A DNA stretch of 46,178 nt from a virus (IMGVR_UViG_3300033412_000026:1-46178), one strand, 5' to 3'; positions 24,855 through 34,570 are shown, numbered from the stretch's first letter. A program made the numbers and translations. The notes: generated by a model from the letters alone, not told the origin.

Positions 24855-26783
24855 TTAAGTGGACTCAGCGACGGTCCTCATCTGAACCGTCAGGTATCCT
24901 CCCAGTGCCCCCCTATTGGGTCCAGGCGGTGCAGTCTGCCTGTACTCCCAGTCGTCAATGACGACAAGCGTGCTCAGATCCTCCTGTAGTTCCTGGTAGA
25001 GGACGACGTCGCCTGCTCGGGCGACGGACTTGAAGTCCTCGAACCTATCCCTTGCGTATCCGTCATAGCCGATACGCTGACCGGTGCGGTCGGTCTCCTC
25101 ATCGAACATGGAGAAGATCTGCGTGATCGTGCGCTGCCTGATAGATCCAGGCAGGGCCTTCATCTGCCATCCATTGAGCACCCCGCCGAACGCTGGGTTG
25201 CTTCCCTGGAAGAGGGTGAACTTCAGCCTCATCCAGTTCTGCGATCCGGACGGGTTGCTGATCGCCACGTCCTTGACTCCGGATGCAATGTCCGGAGAGT
25301 AGGTGATGTAGTCGATCTCTCCTCCGCCCTCGGTGAGGACGGTCACGGCGACGTTGCCCTGAAGTGGAGATGGTGTGCGGATGGAGAAGAACTTGTAGAG
25401 CTTGGGCTCCTCAGTGTTGTACCTGATGCGCCCAGTCTCCAGGTACCCAGAGGGTACCAGGGTGGTAGCGAACTCCTTGACGTGACCGAACCCAGAGAGA
25501 GTGAAGACCTTACGGTCGCTCGCTCCGAACATGGTTACTGCGGTGACGGGACTCTCGTCCCCCCCGTAGTAGATGTCCCTGGCGTACGCGTACCTGATGG
25601 CACGCGTGGTCTGCTCCTGGACTGCGTTACCCAGGTCGACCCTGTACAGTCCGGAGTTGCCGTCGTGAGAGTTTGCGGACCCGACGTACATGAACCTGTC
25701 GTGTCCTACGATTCCCTCGCACCCACCGGTTGGCTCGAACAGGAGCGGCCCATACGAGATGTCGCCGTTCTGATCGATCTCTCCGACTCGGAATCCCTTG
25801 CTCGTGGCGATGCCAACGAAGCTACCCACGTACTGGTAGATGGTCTTGATGACCTCTCCAGTAGGCATGGTGGCAGTCACGCCAGCCCACGTCAGAACTG
25901 GAACACCAGAGCTGTCCAGGGTTGCGGTGAACTTGTGGATCTCGCTCAGTGTGCCGCTGTCACCAGCGGCATAGATGGCGGTTGGTCCATCAGTGAACGA
26001 AGACCAGGTCCATGCAGTGTCCTGGTGCGTGTAGACAGCAGTCGGCAGTGCCGCAGAGGATGCGGACGTGAGTAGCTGGTAGACCTTGTTATCCTGCCCG
26101 AAGACGAGGCGGCCCTTCAGGAACTCGATCTCAGAGGTGGAGTTGTAGGTGCCGGTGTACATGACGCTGGTTGCGCCAGCGTCCACACCAGTCTTGATGC
26201 CGTTGGAGACCACGATGAAGTAGCGCTTACCCGAAGACGTCAGGTCGTAGATCGGGTCAAGCGTGGCACCGATGATGGCGGTAGTGCCGGAGTCGGTGAC
26301 CTTGTCGAAGTGGTCGTTGTAGGACACCCAGTATGCGTCGACACCAGAAGTGTCGACGAATCCCCTGACGCGGATCGGAGTGGATGCGGTAGCTCCGACC
26401 AGCCCCACATCCCTGAGCAGCTTGAGCTGTCCAGATGTCCATGGATCTACGCCAAGGGACTCGGCGAACTTGAAGTTGAACTGGTTGTCGTTGTCCGGGT
26501 CCTGGTACAGCAGGCCAGCTCCACCATTGAAGGTGGACTGGGACCTGAGCCACCAGAAGTTACCGGAGATCGACTGCTCACCAGGCTCAGCGAATGAGTC
26601 GAACTGCTGCTTCCTGATCTCCGCCATGCGCTCAGTGTATGGACGGTTGTCCTGCGTGGCGGAGAGGAAAGGGATACCAGCGAGGGCGTAGTCATACGCG
26701 TTGTCCTGGAGACTGTACTGACCCTGAACGGCAGAACCCAGGCCACTGAGCTGGTCCGGGATCTTACGTACGAGTGTTGCCAC
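24855..26783 (-). CDS. Tail nozzle / tail tubular protein B-like
   Basis: 642 aa, beta-rich propeller-like; position in tail module. Confidence 0.6.
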   Translation of the reverse strand: MATLVRKIPDQLSGLGSAVQGQYSLQDNAYDYALAGIPFLSATQDNRPYTERMAEIRKQQFDSFAEPGEQSISGNFWWLRSQSTFNGGAGLLYQDPDNDNQFNFKFAESLGVDPWTSGQLKLLRDVGLVGATASTPIRVRGFVDTSGVDAYWVSYNDHFDKVTDSGTTAIIGATLDPIYDLTSSGKRYFIVVSNGIKTGVDAGATSVMYTGTYNSTSEIEFLKGRLVFGQDNKVYQLLTSASSAALPTAVYTHQDTAWTWSSFTDGPTAIYAAGDSGTLSEIHKFTATLDSSGVPVLTWAGVTATMPTGEVIKTIYQYVGSFVGIATSKGFRVGEIDQNGDISYGPLLFEPTGGCEGIVGHDRFMYVGSANSHDGNSGLYRVDLGNAVQEQTTRAIRYAYARDIYYGGDESPVTAVTMFGASDRKVFTLSGFGHVKEFATTLVPSGYLETGRIRYNTEEPKLYKFFSIRTPSPLQGNVAVTVLTEGGGEIDYITYSPDIASGVKDVAISNPSGSQNWMRLKFTLFQGSNPAFGGVLNGWQMKALPGSIRQRTITQIFSMFDEETDRTGQRIGYDGYARDRFEDFKSVARAGDVVLYQELQEDLSTLVVIDDWEYRQTAPPGPNRGALGGYLTVQMRTVAEST

Positions 26784-26793
26784 TGGTTACTCC

Positions 26794-28218
26794 TTACTGC
26801 GGGTAGACGTAGGTGAAGCGAACGGTGTGACCGTTGTCGATGGTGCTAGTGCTGTGCGCGTCGAGAAGCTCGACCGCTCCGGTCGACGGGTTCAGGCCCA
26901 CTCCACCGGAGGTGAAGCCAGTGCCGAACGAGGTCACCATACGGTCGGAACCGAAGGCGCTGTCCGGCCTCCAGGACGCCTGAATGGTGCACAGGGCAGT
27001 GTCGGTCAGGTTGCCCGCTGCGGACGCCGTGAGCGTGCTTCCGGTGCGCAGGAGGACGCCAGTCACGATGATCCAGCCAGACTTCACGATGGCCTGCGTA
27101 GCTGCATCCACACTGAATCCCGCCGCTGCGGTGAGCACCGAGGTGCCAGTAGCCGCAGTGTGGCCAGACACCAGCAGCGTTCCCGTGATGTCCGCACCAG
27201 CATTCAGTACGGCAAGACCGTTGGCGGTCAGCGCACCACCAGCGGTCACGCTGGAGCTGAAGCTAGCCGCACCATCCTGATTGATGGAGGCTACGATGGC
27301 GTTACCGGGGCTGACCCACTGAGTCAGGTTGCCCGAGTAGCCGACGTTGCTTCCTCCGACCTGAAGGACTGCGCCAGTCAGCACGCCCGGCTGGGCGATG
27401 GTTGCACCACGGTTGGCCAGGGTCTTGCCGGTGCTCTGCACTGCCATAAGGGTTGCAGAGCTGGAGTCCTGAACGCGCATGATGTCGCCGCTCTGCGAAG
27501 CGGCGGCCTGTACGTCGAGGACGGATGCGGTCGGATCCTTACCGAAGATGTCCACCTGTCCTCCAGAGAGGACGCGGAACGTGTCGGTGGTTCCGTTGTC
27601 GAAGGTAACCCTGATCCTGTACGTGTTGTGTACAGAGTCGGCTGCCGCGTTCTGGTTGCGCAGGAAGAGTCCACCGTTGTTGGTGATCTTGGCAACCTCG
27701 TGCGGCTCGGAGGAATCCCTCAGCCACTTCATGATGTCTGCCGTACCTGTGATGTCCGCGTTGACCGTGGTCACCCAGGTGGGGCTGTTGGCGAAGATGT
27801 CGATGTTCGACAGGGTTCCGCTGGCATCGTTCAGGGTCTTGTTTGATAGGGTCTGAGTGTCGTTCGTACCCACGACCGCACTGCCCACGGCAGTGCCGTG
27901 AACATTGGTTGCCGCCTGCTCGTGAGTGCGGGAGTCCGAGAAGTCTCGGGCGGAGCTGACGTGACGAACCCTTGCACCTGCATTGTGTGCTGCCGCAGAG
28001 GTTCCGTCGATCCCTCGGGTGACGGTCAGAGTGGTACCCGCTACTGCGGTTACCTCCACCAGCTCCTCGGTTGCCGCCTCATAGTCCAGGGCTAGAGTGA
28101 ATGGCGTCAGGGCTGGCAGACCAGTCGCCGAGGCGATCTGGATGCTCGTGTTTCCATTGGTGATGGAAGCCACCAGCGTGGTCTCTGCGGCCACGCTGCT
28201 GTAGTAACGGGTAGCCAT
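26794..28218 (-). CDS. Tail fibre / minor tail protein
   Basis: ELVEVT....TLTVTRG.DGT.AAAH..GA.V N-domain; A/G/S/T-rich. Confidence 0.75.
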   Translation of the reverse strand: MATRYYSSVAAETTLVASITNGNTSIQIASATGLPALTPFTLALDYEAATEELVEVTAVAGTTLTVTRGIDGTSAAAHNAGARVRHVSSARDFSDSRTHEQAATNVHGTAVGSAVVGTNDTQTLSNKTLNDASGTLSNIDIFANSPTWVTTVNADITGTADIMKWLRDSSEPHEVAKITNNGGLFLRNQNAAADSVHNTYRIRVTFDNGTTDTFRVLSGGQVDIFGKDPTASVLDVQAAASQSGDIMRVQDSSSATLMAVQSTGKTLANRGATIAQPGVLTGAVLQVGGSNVGYSGNLTQWVSPGNAIVASINQDGAASFSSSVTAGGALTANGLAVLNAGADITGTLLVSGHTAATGTSVLTAAAGFSVDAATQAIVKSGWIIVTGVLLRTGSTLTASAAGNLTDTALCTIQASWRPDSAFGSDRMVTSFGTGFTSGGVGLNPSTGAVELLDAHSTSTIDNGHTVRFTYVYPQ

Positions 28219-28227
28219 GGTGCTCCC

Positions 28228-29157
28228 TTATCCGTTGAAGGTCTGGTAAGACTCGTACAGCCTCTGAAGCCTGGTGCGCTCCTCGTTGAGCCTCTTGGTG
28301 TAGAGGGCCAGGAAGAACTGGGACGTCTGCGAAGCGGCGCTCGTAGGTACGAGCGGTGCCCTCTCAGTAGCCTCGATGGAAGCCTGCTGAAGTCGGGCTG
28401 CCTCGTAGGCAGGAAGGAGTCGCCACGCTGCGCCGTACGTGATCATGTCCACGTAGCGCTCCGGGAAGCCGGTGACAGTCGTGAAGTCATCGGTGTTGTT
28501 CGTTAGTGTGGAAGGGCCCTTCGTGTAACTCACCCGCACGTTCCTTCCGGGAACGACGCGGTCATAGATCTGAAGAGTCTTGCCGGTTGGTGTAGGGGTT
28601 GGCTTGACCTGACCCACGGTGGTGGATGCCATCGGGTTGAAGCGCCAGCTCTGCGCCGGGAACCACACACCGGATGGACCGATGGTGTTGATGGTCACCT
28701 TGTACACGTCATCGACGTCAGCCGGGATCGGGTACTCGTACCTTGCGGAGTTGTACGGGAACTCATACTGAGCGAAGACCCAGAGGTCTGGGTACAGACC
28801 GAGGATGGTGTCGTTGATGGCCTCCTTCACGCGCTGACGCGGGAAGCGAGGATCGTTGGTGACGATGTCGTCGATGTTGTGAGTGGCTGCCGTGGTACCT
28901 GCATACCCGCGCCCATTCACTCCACCCAGCACCATGACGGTACCGGACCCACGGTCGAAGCTCTTGACCTGGATCAGCTCGTCACCGATCTCGATGAGAC
29001 CGCGAGACAGGTTGGTCGCAGTCGAAGGATCCACGGTGAAGGTGGTGTCCGTAGCAGTCACTGCTGCCGTCAGGTACGACACAGACGCCTGATCCTTGGT
29101 GTAGCCGAGTAGCTGCTGATTCACTCGGTCCACGATGTTGGCAAATGTGACTGCCAC
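28228..29157 (-). CDS. Head-to-tail adaptor / tail tubular protein A-like
   Basis: VKEAIND, EYPIPAD, FPERYVDMITYGAAW adaptor pattern. Confidence 0.6.
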   Translation of the reverse strand: MAVTFANIVDRVNQQLLGYTKDQASVSYLTAAVTATDTTFTVDPSTATNLSRGLIEIGDELIQVKSFDRGSGTVMVLGGVNGRGYAGTTAATHNIDDIVTNDPRFPRQRVKEAINDTILGLYPDLWVFAQYEFPYNSARYEYPIPADVDDVYKVTINTIGPSGVWFPAQSWRFNPMASTTVGQVKPTPTPTGKTLQIYDRVVPGRNVRVSYTKGPSTLTNNTDDFTTVTGFPERYVDMITYGAAWRLLPAYEAARLQQASIEATERAPLVPTSAASQTSQFFLALYTKRLNEERTRLQRLYESYQTFNG

Positions 29158-29166
29158 GGTTACTCC

Positions 29167-29544
29167 TTACGGAAGGCGGATGACTGTGATGCCAGCCGTT
29201 ACGCCGATGTTTGCTGAACCATCACCGATGGACCTGACTCCGATGGCAGTAGTGCCGTTCAGGGTCAGGAAGTACTGGTACTCGTACAGGACGCCCAGGA
29301 TTCCACCAGTGGTCAGGGTGTGGTTGACGGCACCAACAAAGAAGTGGCTGTTGTTGGCGATCTGCGGGGTCCCGGTACCATAGGCCAGCCTGGTCACGTC
29401 GATCCTCCAGTGTCCCGCTGGCAGCGTGAGCTGACAGAAGACAGTGTTGGCGACGACTGGGAACTGGAACCCCGCGTTGGTGAGGATGTCTGCCTCGGGG
29501 ATGTACTGAACCATCCCTGTCACGCTTGCATACTGCTTGGGCAT
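29167..29544 (-). CDS. Hypothetical virion protein
   Basis: Beta-rich, in late operon. Confidence 0.7.
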   Translation of the reverse strand: MPKQYASVTGMVQYIPEADILTNAGFQFPVVANTVFCQLTLPAGHWRIDVTRLAYGTGTPQIANNSHFFVGAVNHTLTTGGILGVLYEYQYFLTLNGTTAIGVRSIGDGSANIGVTAGITVIRLP

Positions 29545-29813
29545 TACGCCCCCTTGTACGCCACCCCCGTGGCGTTACTGATCTCTACGGCCTCTTGCAC
29601 CTTGGCCATGGTCGTACCGGCAGGCTGAATCCCCTGGGACCTTGCGTCCCTATACGCCTGGAGTTCGGCGTCCCACGCCTTGCTCTTTCCGGTGTCGCTC
29701 AGGTTCGGGTTGAGCTGGAGATTCTTGCTACGCATGCACTCGCCGAACGTCTTGTGGTCCTTCGTCGGGCACCCACTCGAACAGTGGGTGCCCTTCTTGA
29801 CTCGCTTAGTCAT
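29544..29813 (-). CDS. Hypothetical Cys/His protein
   Basis: CSSGC...H....EC; WDAEL.AY..AR.QGIQP.GT. Confidence 0.75.
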   Translation of the reverse strand: MTKRVKKGTHCSSGCPTKDHKTFGECMRSKNLQLNPNLSDTGKSKAWDAELQAYRDARSQGIQPAGTTMAKVQEAVEISNATGVAYKGA

Positions 29814-30057
29814 TGTCTCCCACGCTGTTCGTGGTGTAGATGCCCTGCTTGTACGAGTCGTGGTCGGAGCCTAGCTCCGCCTGCTGGTGAGTGGCGATGA
29901 CCTCGAAGAGGCGAGTCTCCAGGATCCCCTTCTCGTTGTTCTCCGTGATGGTGGAGTTTCCACCAGGTCCAGCAGGGCACATCGCTCCTGGGCAGCACTC
30001 AGTGTGCCACTGCGGGGAGCAAGGCTGCTTCGCCGGGTCGTAGTACTCGTGAGCCAT
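29806..30057 (-). CDS. Hypothetical protein
   Basis: AAGGAG RBS 6 nt before ATG. Confidence 0.7.
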   Translation of the reverse strand: MAHEYYDPAKQPCSPQWHTECCPGAMCPAGPGGNSTITENNEKGILETRLFEVIATHQQAELGSDHDSYKQGIYTTNSVGDND

Positions 30058-30066
30058 GCTCACTCC

Positions 30067-31098
30067 TTAGAAGATTGCACCCCAACGCGCGGACGCGTTG
30101 GTGGCAGCACTGGATAGGGTGATGGACGCTGGAAGCGTGGTCTGTCCTGCTCCGGAGTCTACGAACCTCGGTGCGCCACCCGAAGGCAGCAGGTTGATGT
30201 TCAGGGCGGAGGCGGAAGTGCCGTTGCCATACAGGAACCTTGGTGGCGTAGTTCCGTTGGTCAGGATCGCCAGGTAGACGTGTCCTGCGGACACGGCGGT
30301 CGGAGTGATCGCCTTGGTCTTGGTGCCGATGGAGGTGAAGTCGCTGTCCATGTTGACCTCCTGGAGCTTGGTACCGGTCGGACCATACAGTCCGATCCAG
30401 TTCTGCCCAGCGGTGAGCGTAGCTCCCGCAGTCTGGACAGTTACCACCAGGTTGGAGATGGTGGTGGCCTGGCGTACAAGGATCTTGCTCAGGTAGACCA
30501 CGCCCGAGGTGCTGATGGCACCATCGGCGTTCAGTCCAGCAGGGTCCTGTGTCCATCCGATGAGCCCATGGTCCTGGGCCTGGAAGTCCACGGTAGCCAG
30601 GTTGGCCAGGTTGACGACCTTGCCGTCAGCCATGCGGATCTTGAGGAATCCACCCTCGGAGTAGATGATCACGCCACCCGTAGGGTTGGCGTTCGGGACG
30701 GCGGTTGCGTCGTCCACTCCGATGATGCCTCCGGTACCGTTACCGAAGTCGGTATTGGTGGAACCAACCTGCATGCCAGTCGTGATGAAGGCGGTCGAGC
30801 TGGTCTGGAGGTTTCCGGTCGGGTTGATGGCGGTACGTACAGTGCCGCTGGAGTTCTTGAACTCGGCCAGGTTGCTCGTTCCGTTCGCCTGAGCGATCAG
30901 CGAGATGCTGGACGGGTTGTTCACGATCAGCAGACCGGTCATGGTGTCGCCGGACTTGCTCACCTTGCTGCTGATGGCAGAGGAGTTGGTCGCGATGTCG
31001 GTGGTGTTCTGGGTGATGCGTGCCTCGTGATCAGAGAACGCAGCATTGACTGGAACGTCCCAGTCGGACGTTCCCTTGGCGATCGGAGTGTATGTCAT
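30067..31098 (-). CDS. Fibre-like minor virion protein
   Basis: WDVPVN, coiled coil, VSKSGDTMTG fibre motif. Confidence 0.75.
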   Translation of the reverse strand: MTYTPIAKGTSDWDVPVNAAFSDHEARITQNTTDIATNSSAISSKVSKSGDTMTGLLIVNNPSSISLIAQANGTSNLAEFKNSSGTVRTAINPTGNLQTSSTAFITTGMQVGSTNTDFGNGTGGIIGVDDATAVPNANPTGGVIIYSEGGFLKIRMADGKVVNLANLATVDFQAQDHGLIGWTQDPAGLNADGAISTSGVVYLSKILVRQATTISNLVVTVQTAGATLTAGQNWIGLYGPTGTKLQEVNMDSDFTSIGTKTKAITPTAVSAGHVYLAILTNGTTPPRFLYGNGTSASALNINLLPSGGAPRFVDSGAGQTTLPASITLSSAATNASARWGAIF

Positions 31099-31478
31099 CC
31101 GCCGAAGCCTCCCTCTCCGAAGCCTCCAGCACCGAAGGTACCTGTCGGGGCGTCGAAGTTAGCCTCGGTCACGAGACCGGAGGCGATGAGTGATGCCTTC
31201 GTGGCGTCATCTACGAGCCACTCGTAGCCACCACGGTAGTAACGCAGGCCCTCGGAGGGCTGCTGCCAGAAGTCTGGATCTCCCCATCCACCTGCTGGTG
31301 TTGGGTAGTTCGTCGCTCCCTGCTCCTCTGTGTATGCGTCGTAACGCACTTCACGCCAGACGTCAGGGGCGATCTCTCGGATGGAGATAGCTCGGTTCAT
31401 CCTGAACCTCTCCATCAGCGGGTTCCACGCGAAGGGGGCCTCAGCCACCGTAGGCGTGGTAAATAGCCAGGTAGCCAA
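31095..31478 (-). CDS. Hypothetical virion protein
   Basis: YYRGG and FGAGGFGEGGFGG; GGAGG RBS. Confidence 0.75.
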   Translation of the reverse strand: MATWLFTTPTVAEAPFAWNPLMERFRMNRAISIREIAPDVWREVRYDAYTEEQGATNYPTPAGGWGDPDFWQQPSEGLRYYRGGYEWLVDDATKASLIASGLVTEANFDAPTGTFGAGGFGEGGFGG

Positions 31479-31491
31479 GGCCCCTCCTCAC

Positions 31492-31812
31492 TCAGTAGCT
31501 ACCGATGACGTGCCACTCGCCACCATCGGAGATGATGACGCAGGCACCTGCGGTTCCGGCCGCACCCACTGCACGAGTGGTTGCGCCGTTGATGGTCTCA
31601 GATCCAGCACCGTCGAGGGTGACAGTCTGAGTTGCCGTACCATCACGCTTGATGATGTACGTACGGCCGGGCTGTACGGAAGCTACAGCCGGAAGGTTCA
31701 CGGTCACGTTCGCCGCTGGTGCCTCCACGCTCAGAACGTAGTCGTTGTTCGTGAGGGTGGTGGTCGCAGACACGACACGGACGGTGAAACTGGTGTTGTC
31801 GAAGCCAGACAT
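31492..31812 (-). CDS. Capsid decoration / fibre-like protein
   Basis: VTVNLP...GRTYIIK...ETING...IISDG..W; AAGGAG RBS. Confidence 0.7.
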   Translation of the reverse strand: MSGFDNTSFTVRVVSATTTLTNNDYVLSVEAPAANVTVNLPAVASVQPGRTYIIKRDGTATQTVTLDGAGSETINGATTRAVGAAGTAGACVIISDGGEWHVIGSY

Positions 31813-31832
31813 TGTTCTCCTTGGGATGTAAG

Positions 31833-31857
31833 AAAAGGGGCCCCCGAAGGGGCCCCT
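31833..31857 (-). terminator. Intrinsic terminator after major capsid gene
   Basis: AGGGGCCCC-TTCG-GGGGCCCC-TTTT on minus strand. Confidence 0.9.
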
Positions 31858-31862
31858 AGTCA

Positions 31863-32825
31863 TTAGGCGTTGACCGCGATCGAGCTTGCGCTCTCAGCAC
31901 GGATCAGGGCCTCCTGGCGGTAGAGGCTCCAGCCTGCGACACCGTACCAACCGAGAGGCTGGAAACGAGTCAGCTTGTCGACGACCGGTCCACGCACAGT
32001 GTGGAACTCCTCCGCCACAGCCTCGGCCAGGGCCTGCTGTCCGGTGAAGTACGTGTCGTACACGTCGACGGTGCCACCAGCACCGGCGTCCGTCTGGATA
32101 CGAGTACGTGGAGTCTCGATGAAGACTGCACCCTCGTACTCTCCGATCTCTCCTGCCCAGATGTTGTTGGCAGAAGAGTAGCTGTGCGGCAGACGCCATC
32201 CGGCGTCTCCGGTCTCAGCGCGGAGGTCGTGAGAGACCTCTGGGTGGATGTACGCGGTGAAGAAGCTGCCCTTGTTCGGGTGCACCTTGTTGGTACGGAG
32301 CTTCGCTACAGCCAGACGTACCCATGCAGAACCGAACGTGTCGGCTGCGGTGGTACCTACAGTGGTCTGCGCACCGTTGTACACGGGACCAGAGGCACCG
32401 TTGTCACGGATGTAGTTCGTTCCGCCCGAAAGGACGTTACGAACGATGGTGTCGACAGAGTCGACAAGGTTCCACGCCACCTGGTTGACGAGACCAGCGG
32501 TCACGTCGGTGAAGCTGAACAGGTCCAGCTTGTTGGAGACGAGGATGCTGTTACCGTACTCGTTCAGAGTGACGGACACAGTAGTCGGGTTGCCAGCGGC
32601 AACCGCGTCAGGGTCAACCAGCTCATTGAGCGGGGTGATCGCCTGCGCCAGGTCCTGGTACAGGCTGAAGACGACGCTCGAACCAGGCATTGCCTGCTGT
32701 ACGGGACGCTTGTCAGCGATCGTACGGAACATCGGCTGTGCACGGAGCGCGAACTCCAGTGCACGGTCGTACGTGGTCTGGACGAGATTGCTCATCGCCG
32801 CAGTACCGGTGAAGGCGTTAGCCAC
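31863..32825 (-). CDS. Major capsid protein (N4-gp56-like)
   Basis: TL.EYG, AYIHP....DLR, GEIG.YEG..F.ET, DKL.R....GWY; GTG start with GGAGG. Confidence 0.9.
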   Translation of the reverse strand: MANAFTGTAAMSNLVQTTYDRALEFALRAQPMFRTIADKRPVQQAMPGSSVVFSLYQDLAQAITPLNELVDPDAVAAGNPTTVSVTLNEYGNSILVSNKLDLFSFTDVTAGLVNQVAWNLVDSVDTIVRNVLSGGTNYIRDNGASGPVYNGAQTTVGTTAADTFGSAWVRLAVAKLRTNKVHPNKGSFFTAYIHPEVSHDLRAETGDAGWRLPHSYSSANNIWAGEIGEYEGAVFIETPRTRIQTDAGAGGTVDVYDTYFTGQQALAEAVAEEFHTVRGPVVDKLTRFQPLGWYGVAGWSLYRQEALIRAESASSIAVNA

Positions 32826-32849
32826 ACCTACCTCCAAAGAGGATGGGGC

Positions 32850-33329
32850 TTACTTCATGGTCTGCCATGCAGACAGTAGGCCCGCTAGATCAGTAGCGTC
32901 GTTGAGACGAGCCTGTGCAGCCTCGAAGTTGCCGAGCGGCTGACCCTGCTGGCCAGCCTCCTGCATGTTCTGCATCTGCGCTGCAACCGCAGGGTCGATA
33001 CCCTGCGGAGTCTCAACTAGTGGGGTGCTGCCAGGCGTCTGCGCCTGTCCGCCGCCGAATAGCGACTGCATCTGAGTCGCCCACTCACGGACCTTGGTCG
33101 GGTCCGCCTCTCCCTTGTACTGCTCAGCGGCAGCAGCGGGAATGCCAAGCTCGCTGAGGGCCGCACCCACAGACTGATCACGGAGCTGCTTGTTGACGGC
33201 GGCCAGACCGTCTGCTAGCTCCTTGTTCTGCTGCTTCAGTGCGTCGTACGCGTCACGAAGTGCCTTGGGGCCGGAGTTGTCGTTGTTTCCGCCCAGGTCG
33301 TTTGCGTCCTCGATACCCCAGTTGCTCAT
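32850..33329 (-). CDS. Scaffolding protein
   Basis: Directly upstream of capsid; KALR..Y coiled coil; start trimmed to MSNWG. Confidence 0.7.
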   Translation of the reverse strand: MSNWGIEDANDLGGNNDNSGPKALRDAYDALKQQNKELADGLAAVNKQLRDQSVGAALSELGIPAAAAEQYKGEADPTKVREWATQMQSLFGGGQAQTPGSTPLVETPQGIDPAVAAQMQNMQEAGQQGQPLGNFEAAQARLNDATDLAGLLSAWQTMK

Positions 33330-33448
33330 GCGATCTCCTAGATTAGGTAGCGCACGCCAAAAGCCACGGCTAGGGAACCGTGGCTTCGCTCGTGCTATGT
33401 GTGTGCTGGTCTTCACTACGGTACTGCCTGCCAGCAAGGGCGTACCGG

Positions 33449-33519
33449 TACCCAGTGACGGAATCGAACCGCCGTCTGCACTTTGTAAGAGTGCGGCCCT
33501 CCCATTGGACGAACCGGGC
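33449..33519 (-). tRNA. trnV: tRNA-Val(TAC)
   Basis: GCACT-CTTACAA-AGTGC; T-loop TTCGATT. Confidence 0.9.
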
Positions 33520-33521
33520 AT

Positions 33522-33587
33522 AGCCTCGCAGGGAGTCGAACCCTGATCTCAAGTTTAGGAGACTTGACTGCGTCCTACACCGAGGCA
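33522..33587 (-). tRNA. trnR: tRNA-Arg(CCT), D-arm reduced
   Basis: CAAGT-CTCCTAA-ACTTG; ~66 nt. Confidence 0.75.
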
Positions 33588-33588
33588 G

Positions 33589-33660
33589 CTCTCCGAGCTG
33601 GGATCGAACCAGCGCTCTGACGGTTAACAGCCGTCTGCCTTACCACTTGGCCATCGGAGA
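33589..33660 (-). tRNA. trnN: tRNA-Asn(GTT)
   Basis: GACGG-CTGTTAA-CCGTC; G73. Confidence 0.92.
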
Positions 33661-33679
33661 ATAAGAGCTTGCGCTCCAG

Positions 33680-33754
33680 AGCCTGGTGCCGGAATCGAAC
33701 CGGCGTTCTCCTGTTTACTAGACAGGTGCATGGGCCAACGTGTGCTAACCAGGC
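33680..33754 (-). tRNA. trnT: tRNA-Thr(AGT)
   Basis: CCTGT-CTAGTAA-ACAGG; GCC/GGC acceptor, U73. Confidence 0.88.
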
Positions 33755-33777
33755 AGAGCGGCACCTGAGTGCCGCAG

Positions 33778-33849
33778 TACCCCACGGGGGAATCGAACCC
33801 CCGACTCCTAGGTGAGAACCAGGTGTCGTTGCCACTAGACTAGTGGGGC
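33778..33849 (-). tRNA. trnE: tRNA-Glu(CTC)
   Basis: CCTGG-TTCTCAC-CTAGG. Confidence 0.9.
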
Positions 33850-33853
33850 AAGG

Positions 33854-33927
33854 TGATCTAGGTGGGACTCGAACCCACATCCTCAACGGTTAAGAGCCGA
33901 CTGCACGCCCAATTGTGCGACTAGATC
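33854..33927 (-). tRNA. trnK: tRNA-Lys(CTT)
   Basis: Loop CTCTTAA; acceptor GATCTAG/CTAGATC. Confidence 0.9.
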
Positions 33928-33940
33928 ATTGTGTTACAAG

Positions 33941-34012
33941 TACCCAACCAAGGAATCGAACCCTGATCTGACAGTCCGTAGCTGCCTGCTCTGTCCTTTG
34001 AGCTAGTCGGGC
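33941..34012 (-). tRNA. trnR: tRNA-Arg(ACG)
   Basis: GGCAG-CTACGGA-CTGTC. Confidence 0.92.
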
Positions 34013-34014
34013 GG

Positions 34015-34085
34015 GGTGACCAGAGGGAATCGAACCCTCGCTACGGGGGACACAACCCCGAGTCCTACCACTGAACGATGGTCAC
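34015..34085 (-). tRNA. trnH: tRNA-His(GTG)
   Basis: CGGGG-TTGTGTC-CCCCG; C73; G-1 not encoded. Confidence 0.9.
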
Positions 34086-34087
34086 AG

Positions 34088-34158
34088 TACCAAGCCATGG
34101 AATCGAACCATGTCCCCCGGGTTTTCAAGCCGGTGCTCTACCAGTGAGCTAGCAAGGT
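34088..34158 (-). tRNA. trnF: tRNA-Phe(GAA)
   Basis: Loop TTGAAAA; two U.U mismatches in acceptor, C.C at 31-39. Confidence 0.82.
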
Positions 34159-34160
34159 AT

Positions 34161-34380
34161 GTGAGAGGCGGGACGCTACCCGCAACCGGAGCCGAGTCAT
34201 TCAGCCAATGAGTTATCTCCGGAGCCACGTGTTTGCCGCTAAGCGCGTCTTCGGTCCCCCGCTAAGGTTCCCTCCATCCACGACCCTCAGCACTTGCCGT
34301 CAGGTCGTGGCGTTCTCTAACGCCACGTGCACAATCGCTCTGACCCTACTCGTAGGTCAGACTCGATTCTGTCACTCTCC
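34161..34380 (-). ncRNA. Structured ~220-nt ncRNA inside tRNA array (tmRNA-like features)
   Basis: Ends pair (GAGAG/CTCTC) next to T-arm-like GCGGG-TAGCGT-CCCGC; several internal hairpins; no credible CDS. Confidence 0.55.
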
Positions 34381-34402
34381 GAGCAGGTGCCCCCGCTCGT
34401 TG

Positions 34403-34476
34403 TAGTCCATGAGGGATTCGAACCCATCACTTGCTGGTTCCTAAGACCAGTGCCTCTACCGTTGGGCTAATGGACC
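34403..34476 (-). tRNA. trnL: tRNA-Leu(TAG), no long variable arm
   Basis: CTGGT-CTTAGGA-ACCAG; A73. Confidence 0.85.
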
Positions 34477-34498
34477 AAAAGCCTGAGATTCAGGCCAG

Positions 34499-34570
34499 CG
34501 CACATGAAGGGGATCGAACCCTCGACCTACCGCTCGACAGGCGGTCGCTCTACCATTGAGCTACATATGC
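34499..34570 (-). tRNA. trnD: tRNA-Asp(GTC)
   Basis: ACCGC-CTGTCGA-GCGGT; G73. Confidence 0.92.

Noticed and set aside
34380-34402. Theta/HDV-like ribozyme after tRNA-Leu
   Set aside because: Only a simple hairpin; no nested double pseudoknot found
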